This document shows, in pieces, positions 45,711 to 56,985 of a DNA stretch of 64,000 nucleotides; within the stretch, counting starts at the first letter, position 1, and each line of letters starts with the position of its first letter. Location: NCBI GenBank assembly GCA_040285825.1, contig JAUPSS010000008.1, positions 1,178,001-1,242,000 of the forward strand, given 5' to 3'. The notes under the pieces were generated by a model, which had not been told where the DNA came from, did not search any database, and saw nothing but the letters and a program-made list of their open reading frames with translations. The translations under genes were made by a program, and so were the position numbers. This stretch comes from Eukaryota sp. TZLM1-RC (taxonomy: Eukaryota > Protista > Metamonada: BaSk clade).

Positions 45711-46767
45711 GAGATTCAGCTAGATGAGTCAATTTTACAATGGTATCAAGAAATACACCAGCATATCGTCGTCCATTGGCTCAATATGACAGCCAACGCC
45801 TATATTGGTGGTGGTGAAAATTTGTTCGAAAATTCAACTAAGAAACGAACAATTTCCCATCAATATGGAGTCTGCGGCAACAATCGTTCAATCTGGCTTG
45901 AACATTTTATCTTTTTTATAACTCTGAAAGGAAACGAAAATCCAATGTCCATAGAACAGCAAATCCACAGAGAAGACCGCGGTTACCAGTGGAACAACAG
46001 CCCAATTACAAAGATCCTGATGAAAATTTGTTTTTTGTAGCCATTGATCCCAACCACAGCAATCTTTGTGGTTGGACTGATGGTTCTTTCCGAAATTCTG
46101 ACCTGTTTTTGAACGTTCTGGACTGTTACTGAATCCAAAAGAACGAAGACCAAATCAACCTTTTCCTCTCACTCAAGCAACTCCTAACACTTATTCCGCT
46201 CAGAGCTTCCAAGAGTATCTGATTGAAATAAGTTCACCACATGTTCCTGAATCTGAGGAAGAGCCTGAATATGCTTCAATTATGTCTGGAAATTTGCAGC
46301 GTGCAAGAAAAAAGTTGAGAAGAAATAAGTTTGATTTCTTCATACGAAGGCAAAAGAGAATAACTAGTTTTATTAACAAAATTAAACGCTTGTCTGAAGG
46401 AAGAAACACTATAGTTTGGTTCAGCAATGGCGGTGGTGGTCCATCTCGTCAATCTGTGAAATCCCCCCGAAAGAGATTTCTCAAACAAATCAAAAAACAC
46501 TTTGAAAGCCTCAAAGTCGGGGACGAGTTTATGACCTCAGCAAAAGTGAATTGCTGGAAGGTCTTTCATAGAAAGATCTATCATGATGACGGAAGGGTAA
46601 ATAACGCTAAGTTCGATTGCCCTCGATGTCAGACCAACTGGTCTAGCGACATCTCAGTCTCCAGAAACCAGCTGGAGATTGCAATTAGTGAGTATCTCAC
46701 TGGTACTAGGCCAGAACCATTCAGAAGGCCAAGGCGTGTGAGACGTCTTAGGAGACAGCAGTAGCTG
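45711..46767 (+). mobile_element. Fanzor family F3, copy 1 (internally deleted, frameshifted)
   Basis: FVAIDPNHSNLCG (RuvC-I), VWFSNGGGG, GDEFMTS (RuvC-II), CPRCQTNWSSDIS (Zn + RuvC-III), RPEPF. Confidence 0.85.
46700..46767 (+). ncRNA. candidate omegaRNA 3' scaffold of F3 overlapping the CDS end
   Basis: Hairpins AGGCGT/ACGTCT, GTCT/AGAC and CAGC/GCTG; identity with copy 2 stops exactly after GTAGCTG. Confidence 0.55.
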
Positions 46768-47149
46768 AAATTCTCAGACTATTTAGAATGAAGACAATTT
46801 CAAGCTAATTCTACTCATTTCATTAATGAGTTGCCTTCTCTTGACCTGATTTCAATTTTGGTTTTTCTATTTCTTCACTTTTGAACTAATTAAGTAAATG
46901 CTAAATTTCCTAATATTCATGTACATGTATTTTTACCTGTTTTGTGTAAGAGAATGCTTACATTGATTTAGTAAGAATGTATTTCAATTTATTCAAAATT
47001 CAAAACAAAATGCTGCTAACTTTATTAAGGCAAGGCATAGCTTTTGTAAATAATCTGTGTATAAAACTTAAGCTAGAAGATTAAAAGATGATAGATTATT
47101 AAATAAATCAGTGAAAAATACTTTACTCCGTAAACAAAAAATAGAAAAA

Positions 47150-49453
47150 CTAAAGACGATCAATACACTCTTTCAATTGACTTAGTGAACTCATCTGAAT
47201 TTCATGAGGAATAAAGGCAGATCTGAAAGAGGACTCAATAAGGCTAACCAATTCCTTCTTTGAAAGATTCAAACTACAGAAAATATCAGTAAGGTTAGAG
47301 GTTTTTCCACAAGTCTTACTTAATAAGCGGTTAATTGAGCAAATGGCAACAGAAACGCCAGATTCCAAATAGAATCTAATAACAGAATCCACAAAACTCT
47401 TGGTATCAGAAGTAAACTCCGAGTAATTAAAAGATGGAGTCAACTCTAGAGATATCTTGTTTCTATGCAGCGAAAGGCATTCTAAAAGAGCAGGTTTCTT
47501 ATGGAGAGAATAACAACAGGAAAGTCTGTTAGCAGAAACATTCAAAGCAGGAAGAATCGAACAAGGATCTTTAACTCCGGCACTAATGGAAACCTTTAAA
47601 CAATTGAGGTGAATAGAGTGAATAATTTCATCATAACCATTCTTTAGCATGGACTGGGTGATCTCACCACCAAATAGACCAAAGGCAACTATTCTGCTGA
47701 CGGTTTTCTTGCAGGAAATGGCTGCTTCGGCTAACTGCTTGGTTCGTTGGATAGAATCAGAAGATAACCGAGACGCTATGACAAAGTTGATGATAGGAGT
47801 GGAGTTGTAAACCTTGCCTAGTTCTTCGAGAGCAGCTTCAACAGCATCATTTACGGCAAAAATAACATCTTCACAAGTCTTTAAAATGCAACTTTGATGG
47901 AAATGGGGTTGGATTACCAGTTCAGTATAAGTAACATTAGTCTTAATAGCAGATTCAATGATAGCTAAAACTCCTCTTTTAATTTGGTCAGGTGAAGACA
48001 ATAAAGCAGCAGAAATGTTCTTTGCCTTTTCATATGATCTATTCGTCCTTCGGGCAGGGAAAAGAATTTCTGCAAGGTCGTGAATGGAAGCGAGCTGATC
48101 CAAAGCGATATCTTCAAGAGTTTGGCAAAGAATATTACGTTCTTCAGAGACTTTATCATTTCTTAACAACTCAATTTCCTTCCAAAGCGTTTCTAAAGGA
48201 ACGGAACCAATTAAACGACAATGGAGATCAGCTTTGGGAAGAGAGTTGATAATTTCCCTTGAAAATGAAGAATTATCAATCACAACCTTGTTTTCATTTA
48301 AGAATTTGGCATTAAACCTTGTCACCGCATCAGAACCACCTTCCAATAAAGCAAGATGATCTAACACCTTGTTAAATTCTTCCTGTGGCACTTGCTTGTT
48401 AACTACACACTTATGCAAAACTTCCAAATAAGAGACCAAAGCATCTTCCCTCATTACATCCCGTCTAAGAGGGTTGACAAAACCAGCAGAGAACCCATTG
48501 TAGACCAATGAAGTCAGTTCAGTGAGAGAAACATCAAAGGTATCAGAAACAAGCTTGTATTCTGAGGAAAGCTTCACGCCAGACATAAGTATATTGTCAG
48601 TACAAATAACAGCGGGAATTCCCTGTCTTAGATAGGTCAAAAATGGATGGTCAGAAAGCTTGGTGATTGACTTGGTTTGAACATTGGAAGTAGGACAAAC
48701 TTCGAGGGTAATCTTGCAGCTTGAAACAAAAGCAACAAAGTCCTGATCTTCATTAATTCGAACACCATGACCAAGCCTCTTCGCCCCACAATACACGACC
48801 GCATCACGAGCTGATTCCCAGCCACTGGCCTCAGCAGAATGAACAGTAACGTTGAGTCCCCTGCTCCTGATAATATCGTAAGCTTCTTTATGGTCACGGG
48901 GAGGGAAACCGTTTTCAGGACCAGCCAGATCAAAACCAACGACTCCTCTGTTACGGAATCTCCAAGCAATTTCAGCAATGGAAAGGGTGAGGGTTGGGGA
49001 TTCATGTCTCATTGCACATACAATGATTCGCACGGTGATAGGAAGCTTATGTTCAGCGAGCATGGCACCAGCACAGACGGCCTCAACAGCACCTGAAGGA
49101 GTGAGTCCCTTATCAGTGTGGAGAGAGGGAGCGAATCTAATTTCAAGGTAATTAACACCATCATTGACAGCGTCCTCGGCCACTTCGTAGACAGTCCGTT
49201 TGAGAGCATAGGATGTTTGGAGAACCGAGCATGTGACAGCAAAGCCCTTCAAGTAGTCGACAAGACTTTCACATTCCATTGGAACAGTGAGGTAATTACG
49301 AAGAGATTCTATGTCACTGACAGGAAGTTTGACGTCGTACATGGAAGCAAGCTCCAGAACTGTTTCAACTCTCATGCTACCGTCAAGATGACAGTGCAGT
49401 TCAGCCTTTGGGATATCAACCCAGACATTAGATGGAAGGTCGCGGGCCAGCAT
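47150..49453 (-). CDS. adenosine deaminase with tandem second (degenerate) ADA domain
   Basis: PKAELHCHLDGS, GFDLAGPE, TVHSAE, RLGHG, EVCPTSN, CTDN; second domain starts PKADLHCRLIGS. Confidence 0.93.
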   Translation of the reverse strand: MLARDLPSNVWVDIPKAELHCHLDGSMRVETVLELASMYDVKLPVSDIESLRNYLTVPMECESLVDYLKGFAVTCSVLQTSYALKRTVYEVAEDAVNDGVNYLEIRFAPSLHTDKGLTPSGAVEAVCAGAMLAEHKLPITVRIIVCAMRHESPTLTLSIAEIAWRFRNRGVVGFDLAGPENGFPPRDHKEAYDIIRSRGLNVTVHSAEASGWESARDAVVYCGAKRLGHGVRINEDQDFVAFVSSCKITLEVCPTSNVQTKSITKLSDHPFLTYLRQGIPAVICTDNILMSGVKLSSEYKLVSDTFDVSLTELTSLVYNGFSAGFVNPLRRDVMREDALVSYLEVLHKCVVNKQVPQEEFNKVLDHLALLEGGSDAVTRFNAKFLNENKVVIDNSSFSREIINSLPKADLHCRLIGSVPLETLWKEIELLRNDKVSEERNILCQTLEDIALDQLASIHDLAEILFPARRTNRSYEKAKNISAALLSSPDQIKRGVLAIIESAIKTNVTYTELVIQPHFHQSCILKTCEDVIFAVNDAVEAALEELGKVYNSTPIINFVIASRLSSDSIQRTKQLAEAAISCKKTVSRIVAFGLFGGEITQSMLKNGYDEIIHSIHLNCLKVSISAGVKDPCSILPALNVSANRLSCCYSLHKKPALLECLSLHRNKISLELTPSFNYSEFTSDTKSFVDSVIRFYLESGVSVAICSINRLLSKTCGKTSNLTDIFCSLNLSKKELVSLIESSFRSAFIPHEIQMSSLSQLKECIDRL

Positions 49454-49779
49454 TGAGAACTAAAGGACTGAGAAGTGATAGGTCAATTTGAGATATGTTG
49501 GAGGAATTCCGTTGAAATGATTACTGAAAATGAACTCCAATAGTAATGGGATGACGATTTTGAACCACGGTCTCCAATAAATTTACAGACGTCTCCACAG
49601 AACCAAACCCAAAGCCTACTGACCCCGACGCCTTCTGAAATGAATATTTCCTTTGAATTCAATGATATTGTTAGCCCTTTGAATAGATCATTTGAAAGAA
49701 GAAACAGTATTTTCAGTCGAAAACGTTGAATGTTTAACAGTTCAAACTTTGAAAACAGTATAGAAATATAAACTCATTT

Positions 49780-49890
49780 TTATTAATCGTATTTATTGAA
49801 TTTGCACACTTGATTAAATTAAATCATAACTAATGGGACGACTATCATTAAACCAAGATTTCCTCTACAAAATCTTGATTTGCTTGCTCA
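49780..49890 (-). mobile_element. family C LINE 3'-end fragment
   Basis: Matches 8835-8935. Confidence 0.8.
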
Positions 49891-50835
49891 TTTTTATTAA
49901 TAGCAAATAAAAGAAGTTTGTACAAAATTTCTCTCGCAACATCTCAATCAACACCATTAGCATTTCAAAGTTATATTTTCTCGATTTGATTTTAAACAAT
50001 ATCATTTAGGATTAATGTAGTAAATTATTTATGTATAAATTCATTTTTATTGAGACCAAATTATTAAAATTTTATCAAAACTATGAAGACTAATAAGACT
50101 ATTTGTTAACTTCATAACCCTTCAACGCATCTGCTAGGAGCTGAAGACCCTTATTATCTTCCAAGAAAAAGAAATGATTTTGGGTGGTTTTCAACACCAC
50201 TGACGGATATTTTAAAACCATAAATTTCTTCCTTCTTTTCTTCATCCTTTTCTATTGTTTTCCATAAATTTTGGATCAAAATTTTAACTTCATGATTCTT
50301 ATTTTGCTCAATAACAAATTTCCGAATCATATTGTTTTTAAAAGTGAATCCTCGACTGATTCTATTAAATGAAACTCGTGCAAAAACATTTACTTTTGGA
50401 TTTTTTAACGACAATCGACTAATGCTGTTGCTTCGCGTTTATCTAGAGCTAATTGACCAAAAGTTAGTTTTGGCCCTTTGGCCACATTGGGATATCCTTT
50501 TGCCTTCTGAGTTTCCAGGTTGCTTTTTAAAGGTCTACTTTCCCAAGCTATTCCCCCCCCCAGTTTTCCTCCCTTAGAAGATGTATTGAAATTTCCCCCT
50601 TCACCTCCAGGTTTACAGTTCAAGGCCATGCAGTCTTTTAGATCGTATGTATTGCATAGAGTTATGCAACATACCTCGATCAATCGTTGAATAAAATTGA
50701 TTTAAATTCCTCCTTGAATGATTTTTAACATTTTTTTTAAAAACATCTTTCATATTCAAAACCACAAAGAAAGTGGTTCTCTGAACAGTTTCATCCAGTG
50801 AAAAACTGTTTAAAACTATATACTTCTTGAGGTTC

Positions 50836-52401
50836 ATGGTTTTGTCTGCAAAAAATGTTGCCACCCTGGACTCTTTTGTACGCGATTGGCTTCTGCTAAG
50901 AGGTTTTAAGTCCACACTGGCTTCCATGGAGGAAGAGTCTTCCAATGACCCTACGTTTGGACTCAATCCTTCTTTAGTGGCATCACACCTGCTTGATCTG
51001 GCTTCCTCCACTTCAACCAATGATCTCTTAACCTACTGGTCTCAGCTCAACTCTATATTCTCCCAAGTGCCCACTACTTCAGTCGCGAGTGAAACTCTTC
51101 ATATCTCCGTTATCAGGGTACACCTTGCGCACTGTTTTAAGCTGAAAAGAAACGATCTGGTACTCTCTTTCTTTAAATCCCACCCATCTCTTGCTTCTGA
51201 TCACCGTATCTGTCACTTCTTCACTGCTTCTCTTTCTCCAGACGTTTCTGATGAATCTATTATTCATTGGCAAGCCCAGAGAACCAAAGATTTACTGTCT
51301 CTTTCTATTTCAAACTTTTTATCGACCCTTTTCCAATCTTTAGACCTTCCACCCCTTCTATCTCATCTGAATTCCCCTTCTCCTAGTTCCAATGAATTTA
51401 ATGCACAGTCCTGCATCACTTCGTTAGCTGTTGCTTTTGATTCATATGTAGCCGTTGGGACGCAGAATGGAAGTGTTTATTGCATAGATAAAGATTTTGA
51501 GCTTGTAAACCAGTGGAAACTATCCAATCAGGTCACAGTTATTAACTGGCATCCACTGGGAAACTGTTTTGTTGCCATTTTCGATCGATCACTTGCTGTT
51601 TTCGACATCTCCCTCAATAAGAGTAAGGTTTTTCCTCTTCCTAATAAATTTAAAAAGTCCGATGTTGTCCTTCTTGATGTTGCTTTTAATCCCAAACAAG
51701 CTGTTGTTGTTTGTCTTTTATTTACAAATAAAGGGTTTGAGTTTTGGATTGTGGGTCTGAAAATGAGTGATAATAATCAGAATTTCGTCAGGTTTCCTTC
51801 TTTTGCTGATCTCCAAGGGATTAATCAATCAAATCTGAAAGGTTCAATAAGTTTCAATCATAACGGAAGTTTGATTTTTGTTTCTATTAATGAATTCATA
51901 TTTGTTTTTGATTCTTCAACTATTACTACCACACTTGATCCTGTGCTGAATCTCAAAACCAATTTTATTATTCAAAATCTAATATTATTAAGTTCCGAAA
52001 CTTCTTTAATAGCCTGGGGCTTTGACTCAGAAGCTGATTCAATTTTGAATTTGGTTTCCTTTTCGTTGACTGCAGGAAGCAAGAATAGATCCATTGTTAA
52101 ATCTAAGAAAATTAATATTGTAAATTTTGATTTAGCTAATGTGGAAGTAACGTTAACCAATAACGATTATCTTTTGGTAATTGCTTCAGAATTGATATTT
52201 GTCTCTTCAGATTTATCTACTTCTTTTTCAGAAAGTTTTGATTTTTCTCTTGATTACCCTTTGATTGCCATTTGTGACCCTTCTAAAAACAGATTATTTG
52301 TGGGTAGTTCCTCAGGACATTTAGTTTCCGTAAAGATACCAAATTTTGCTCCTGATAACAATGAAACTAAACCATGCCCACCACCACCGCTGATTTCATG
52401 A
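50836..52401 (+). CDS. WDR91-like LisH + WD40 protein
   Basis: LDSFVRDWLLLRGFKSTLASMEEE (WDR91/ARMC9-type LisH); beta-propeller-like C-terminal half. Confidence 0.7.
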   Translation: MVLSAKNVATLDSFVRDWLLLRGFKSTLASMEEESSNDPTFGLNPSLVASHLLDLASSTSTNDLLTYWSQLNSIFSQVPTTSVASETLHISVIRVHLAHCFKLKRNDLVLSFFKSHPSLASDHRICHFFTASLSPDVSDESIIHWQAQRTKDLLSLSISNFLSTLFQSLDLPPLLSHLNSPSPSSNEFNAQSCITSLAVAFDSYVAVGTQNGSVYCIDKDFELVNQWKLSNQVTVINWHPLGNCFVAIFDRSLAVFDISLNKSKVFPLPNKFKKSDVVLLDVAFNPKQAVVVCLLFTNKGFEFWIVGLKMSDNNQNFVRFPSFADLQGINQSNLKGSISFNHNGSLIFVSINEFIFVFDSSTITTTLDPVLNLKTNFIIQNLILLSSETSLIAWGFDSEADSILNLVSFSLTAGSKNRSIVKSKKINIVNFDLANVEVTLTNNDYLLVIASELIFVSSDLSTSFSESFDFSLDYPLIAICDPSKNRLFVGSSSGHLVSVKIPNFAPDNNETKPCPPPPLIS

Positions 52402-52496
52402 TTAATTTGACTAATTTGAACACCAAACTGGTATTTATTTATGTACAAATGATTTTTGCTTTCTTGTATATACAGTTCTTTTTTTAAAATTTTGTT

Positions 52497-54578
52497 CTAC
52501 TCCTCCATAAAAACATCTGAAAACATCAACTTTGCTGCACGAAGCCCTGATTGACAACAAGAATGAAGTTCATCCAAAATGGTTGCTATTATGCACATCA
52601 CGTTTTCGGAAACGTCATGTTCGACATTTTGACCTTCCAATAACAGCAAGTTCTCCTGGATTCTTTTGACTGAAGTTGACATTGAATAAGCACATAATTC
52701 AGCTCTAATTTGAGCATTTTCATGAGCGTTTAAGTCTACCGATTCAACAATAGATTCAGGGGTATCAGCTTGATCCATATCTATTATTTCTTCGGTATGG
52801 TTAGGGTTAGGGTTAGCATCTTGGGGTGATGAAATGAGGGCTTTAGCAGTATCCAAAATCAAAGGAATAAGTGAAACTTGGTCAGTCAAATCACCAATCA
52901 TTCTTGGTCTTGACTCTTGTTGACTTTGATTGCACAGAGTCACCAAATCTTCTTGTTGTAATGCTATTAGTTCCCTTAATTGTGTTATTAATTCCATGTT
53001 TATTCCTCTTGATGGAATTTGTTCTATTTTATTTAATTCTTCTAGCAGTCGGGAAAACTTGAGATTTTGTTCCTCAAATTTATGCTGATAGTTTAATAGT
53101 AAACTATCTTTTTCATCTATTTTATCCTGATAAAAATCTCTTATTGATTCCAATTCTGTAATAACATTATTTAATTCCTCTACTAGATCATCGTTGTGTG
53201 CATTCAATTGGTTTAATTCTTCATTTAACGAATTGTTCTGGTTAGTCAATTCTCCAACCCTTTCCTGCAACTTTTTCACTTCACTACTATTGTTATAAAG
53301 ATTTGATTCTGCTGGCAAATGCCTAGTCAAGAAAGACCTTTTATGACGAGATGGCGTTTTGACAGTGTATTCTTTTTCTTTTCTAGTCAGAGAGTTGGCT
53401 TCACTTTTTGGTATTGACCCACCACCCCGACAAAACTTGCACAATGAAAACAAATTAGAATTGGTTAAATTGGCCACATCTGCCCTTGTGCCATCAGTTG
53501 TTATTAAACTTGTAAAGATTCCATTCAAAATAAAAGGTTTTAATAAATTAATTAGTCGTAAATCTGGAACTGATTTTGGAATTTTATTGGAGTACAGACT
53601 TTCACTCAAGGAATCAATTGTCCGAGAAAACCATTTAGTAGTAAACTTATCCTTCACTAAATCTTTGGTGTAGTTTGCAAATATAGCAGAAAACTTGGTA
53701 TCTTCGCAAACACTATCCTCACCATAGTCTAAATACAAGTGAAAAACCACAATGCTATTATCAAATGATTCATGTTTAGAGGTTAACCTTTCAAAAAAAT
53801 TGAAATAATCACAACTTGAAAATATCTTTTTCTTGGTAGCAGGTTGGCAAGACATACATCCTGAAGGGAGTGTGAAATCACCAATCAAATCAAATATTCT
53901 GTTTCTTGTTAACTGAATCACTGCTAGTCTCACAGGAGCTTCATCCAGAAAAAAAGAAACAACTGATTGAAGTAGAGGTGTAGTGGAAGTTGAATCATTA
54001 TGGACCAAAAATTCAAAAGAATTACACAAAAAAGCTAAGGGACAGTGGTTTGGGGTGTGGAAGTGTTGTTTAATAAGGTTGGAGAAGGTAAAGGACACTG
54101 AATTTGGTGAGAATTGGTTGAAAGAAAAAACTCGATCAGCAAGTATTTCTTTTTCAGAATTGATGGATATAGAGTTCTGTGAGGTGATTGACACGAGATC
54201 TGTACAAGGAGCGAAAAGTCCCAAGAGAGAAGAGAATCGGGAAGACTGTGTGAAAGGAAACTCATCGATGGGTGGATCGTCCATAGGGGAGAGTACCTTC
54301 CTTGCAAGAGGGGAAGGGGGAGTATCAGAAGGTTTGGAGGGTGATTTAGGTTGTGGGGATGGGCTGAAATCTGAAAAATCTGGAGGTTCCGTGACTGATT
54401 GTGTGAAAGATGGGGATGTATATTGGGTAAACTCGGAGGTGGTTAGTGTAGCAGATTCTGACTCAGATTCTGACTGGCTGGGTGAAGTAAGAGGGTCTAT
54501 ATCATCAGATAATAAAGAAGGTGAAGGAGGCTCATAGAGAGGTTGTCCTTTATCGTCTAGAGGTATAAATTTGGACAT
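52497..54578 (-). CDS. divergent kinesin-like protein with C-terminal coiled coil
   Basis: ADRVFS, VIQLTRNRIFDLIG and LINLLKPFILNG echo kinesin FD.VF, EIYNE.I.DLL and LT.LL.DSLGG in order; no P-loop visible. Confidence 0.5.
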   Translation of the reverse strand: MSKFIPLDDKGQPLYEPPSPSLLSDDIDPLTSPSQSESESESATLTTSEFTQYTSPSFTQSVTEPPDFSDFSPSPQPKSPSKPSDTPPSPLARKVLSPMDDPPIDEFPFTQSSRFSSLLGLFAPCTDLVSITSQNSISINSEKEILADRVFSFNQFSPNSVSFTFSNLIKQHFHTPNHCPLAFLCNSFEFLVHNDSTSTTPLLQSVVSFFLDEAPVRLAVIQLTRNRIFDLIGDFTLPSGCMSCQPATKKKIFSSCDYFNFFERLTSKHESFDNSIVVFHLYLDYGEDSVCEDTKFSAIFANYTKDLVKDKFTTKWFSRTIDSLSESLYSNKIPKSVPDLRLINLLKPFILNGIFTSLITTDGTRADVANLTNSNLFSLCKFCRGGGSIPKSEANSLTRKEKEYTVKTPSRHKRSFLTRHLPAESNLYNNSSEVKKLQERVGELTNQNNSLNEELNQLNAHNDDLVEELNNVITELESIRDFYQDKIDEKDSLLLNYQHKFEEQNLKFSRLLEELNKIEQIPSRGINMELITQLRELIALQQEDLVTLCNQSQQESRPRMIGDLTDQVSLIPLILDTAKALISSPQDANPNPNHTEEIIDMDQADTPESIVESVDLNAHENAQIRAELCAYSMSTSVKRIQENLLLLEGQNVEHDVSENVMCIIATILDELHSCCQSGLRAAKLMFSDVFMEE

Positions 54579-54699
54579 CGGCTAACAGCACACAAAGGTC
54601 AAATAGTAGGAACCTGTTGAGAATCTCAACTTGAGATTGTAGATGAAATGAATCTTGATCTTTTCAACATATGAGGTCTTTCATTTCCTTTTACCATTT

Positions 54700-55480
54700 T
54701 ACCACGAAGATTTGGACTGTGTGCTAGTAATGAAGCGTTTGTAACAAAAATGAGATTCTATTTAAATACTGCCAATTATTATTAAAAGAAAAATGTATTT
54801 GTTCGAATTCACCACAGCTCACTTTGTGTCATGCTCTGAATTGTTCGAAATTGATCACCTATCGTTCTTCATTACTTGATGCTGTTAGAGACACTGTTTT
54901 TAATATGGCATGAACTGCAAGAATCTTATGTATCAAAGAACCTCTGCTGAAACACTGTCATTGAATAATTTCGGTTCTGATGATAGAGGTGATATATACT
55001 GTGATTGGATTGAGAACTCTGAAGCTGTTGTTGACTTTGTCTCCTGTAATGTTGCAAATGACACTTTGGTTCAAAGAAGAAATCTTAATCCTGTAAAAGC
55101 TCTTGAATTTAAAGCCAAAGATAAACATAGAAAATATGACAAAGACATCGAAGAAGCTAATGCTGATAGAAATAGACCGTTTGTTTTTATTGATTTCCCA
55201 TTTTCGATCAACGGAAGACTATCAGTAGAAGCAGGAACTTTTTTGAATGATTTCCAAACAATGGTTCAAGAAAAAACAATGAAAAGATTTGGTATCCTTT
55301 ATGGCGTTCTCGAATTCAATTTGCCATTATTAATAGATTACCTCGGTTTTTCAATCGAATTAGATAAGCTTTAGCTAGACAGCAAGCAGATCAAGATTTT
55401 GTAGAGGAAATCTTGGTTCAATGAATTTCGTCCCATTACTTATGAGTTTATTTTGTGAAGTTCGCAAGTTTAATAAATAT
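54700..55480 (+). mobile_element. family C LINE 3' fragment
   Basis: Closely similar to the reverse complement of 8850-9620. Confidence 0.88.
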
Positions 55481-55572
55481 ATTGACTTTAAGATACTTCC
55501 ACGACATGAAACATATTAAGAACAGCATGGATATTACGATTCCATAGACATCTACACTTCTGGCAAGTGAGT

Positions 55573-56095
55573 AATGCTACTAAGGTATTTATAGTTCGGT
55601 CTCAAAAGTTTTTCAAAACTTTTAGTTTCTGTATGCTCAGGTTCCCCATTCCTTTCCTTAATAGCGCTTCTGGGCAAATGTATTTTTCCGGCCAAAATTT
55701 GACCTTCTTCTTAATTTGAATTTTTTTGCAGCGGAGAGATCTCTGTCATATATTATTTGACACTCAATACAAATACGCATCTAAAATGAGCCTGCTTGAA
55801 TATTCTCGACCATGCACCAACTTGACAGTTTGCTTGTATTAAATTTCCTGGTTGACAAGTGCTTCACGTCCTTTTGATAACACAACCATTCTCTGAAAGC
55901 CCTTGCTGATCCATATCGATTGATTTTTCGGCAATAAGAAGGTAAATTAGCAGAACCCACAGCAAGGTAGAGTTTATGACCATGTCCAGTCAGCCTTTGA
56001 AATTTGTTGAGGCTCTCTCGGAACCGTCTCTCTTTTTGTCTGCGGTTATCAAATTTAATTATTCTCCATTTCTGGCGATTACTTTCTAAGTAGAC
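55573..56095 (-). mobile_element. Fanzor F1 copy 2 (5'-truncated pseudogene with conserved 3' end)
   Basis: VYLESNRQKW..LAVGSAN..FNTSK; homologous to 757-1268. Confidence 0.9.
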
Positions 56096-56339
56096 TAATC
56101 GTTGAATAATCTTCGAAAAAAGAAGTGTTTCAGCTAGCGAGATATAGTAAATTTTGACAGAACGTAGTACAAAGTGACAAGGGTCAGCGGAAGGAGACAC
56201 CATCAATAGTTAATGGAAGGAGAGCGGCATAGGTTGATGAGAAGAGGAAATTGGCAGAAAAATCCAAGATTGGAGCAACAGAAATAGAAAGAAGTAGGAC
56301 AGGGGGATTTACGGGGGTAGCGGCGAGAGGGATTCTGAA

Positions 56340-56985
56340 CAGTGATCGGACACCACCATGTGGTTCAATTTTACCACCAAGTGGACCACGTGGTACCACG
56401 TGGTGGTTGGTGCCACCATGGTGTTTTTCTTGGTGGTCAATTTCATTTCATTATTCCTTTCTCCTTTCTTTGTTCCAAATACCATGGCCTGGTAGTCAAC
56501 ACCCTGTATTTGAATACATTTCCCCTAATAATGCTTATGATGAAGTGGAATATTCGAGAGGACGCCTACATGCCATATGTGACTTTTATTCATATGGATG
56601 AATGCTGAAATAGTAAAAATGATGGAAGAGATGGAGGAAATTGCAGAGGCAGTCAACGAGCAGGACCAAGAAGCAGATTATTCACTGGATGAGGGTGTCC
56701 TACCGATCCTTGTTATTTCAGAAATCTTTATGTTTCGGAGGACATTGAGGAGGAATGATATGATCGATCACAAATGCTTTTTTCGTTCGAGAGTTGAGTT
56801 ATGGGCTTAGTATTAGTTTGTAAAAATAAACATGTTTTATTCATAATGATTTGACAATGTCAGAAGGTAACAGCATTTTATAGGTTAAAAAATACACCAC
56901 CATGTGGTCCAATTTTACCACCATGTGGACCACGCGGTGGCACATGGTGGTTGGTGCCACCGCGTGGTCAAAATTCCGAACACTG
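56340..56985 (+). mobile_element. non-autonomous hAT DNA transposon (646 bp)
   Basis: TIRs CAGTGATCGGA / TCCGAACACTG; 8-bp TSD ATTCTGAA (56332-56339, 56986-56993); ACCAC/GTGGT subterminal arrays; BED-finger-like remnant HPVFEYI..HAICDF. Confidence 0.9.

Noticed and set aside
55781-56206. ORF giving Fanzor F1 a novel N-terminus
   Set aside because: Homology to F1 stops at ~56095; the upstream part is unrelated decayed sequence, RuvC-I is absent and the RuvC-II Glu is mutated to Lys.
56345-56975. Palindromic GTGGT/ACCAC clusters considered as ncRNA, CRISPR repeats or a replication origin
   Set aside because: Explained as subterminal repeats of a hAT element with TIRs and an 8-bp TSD.
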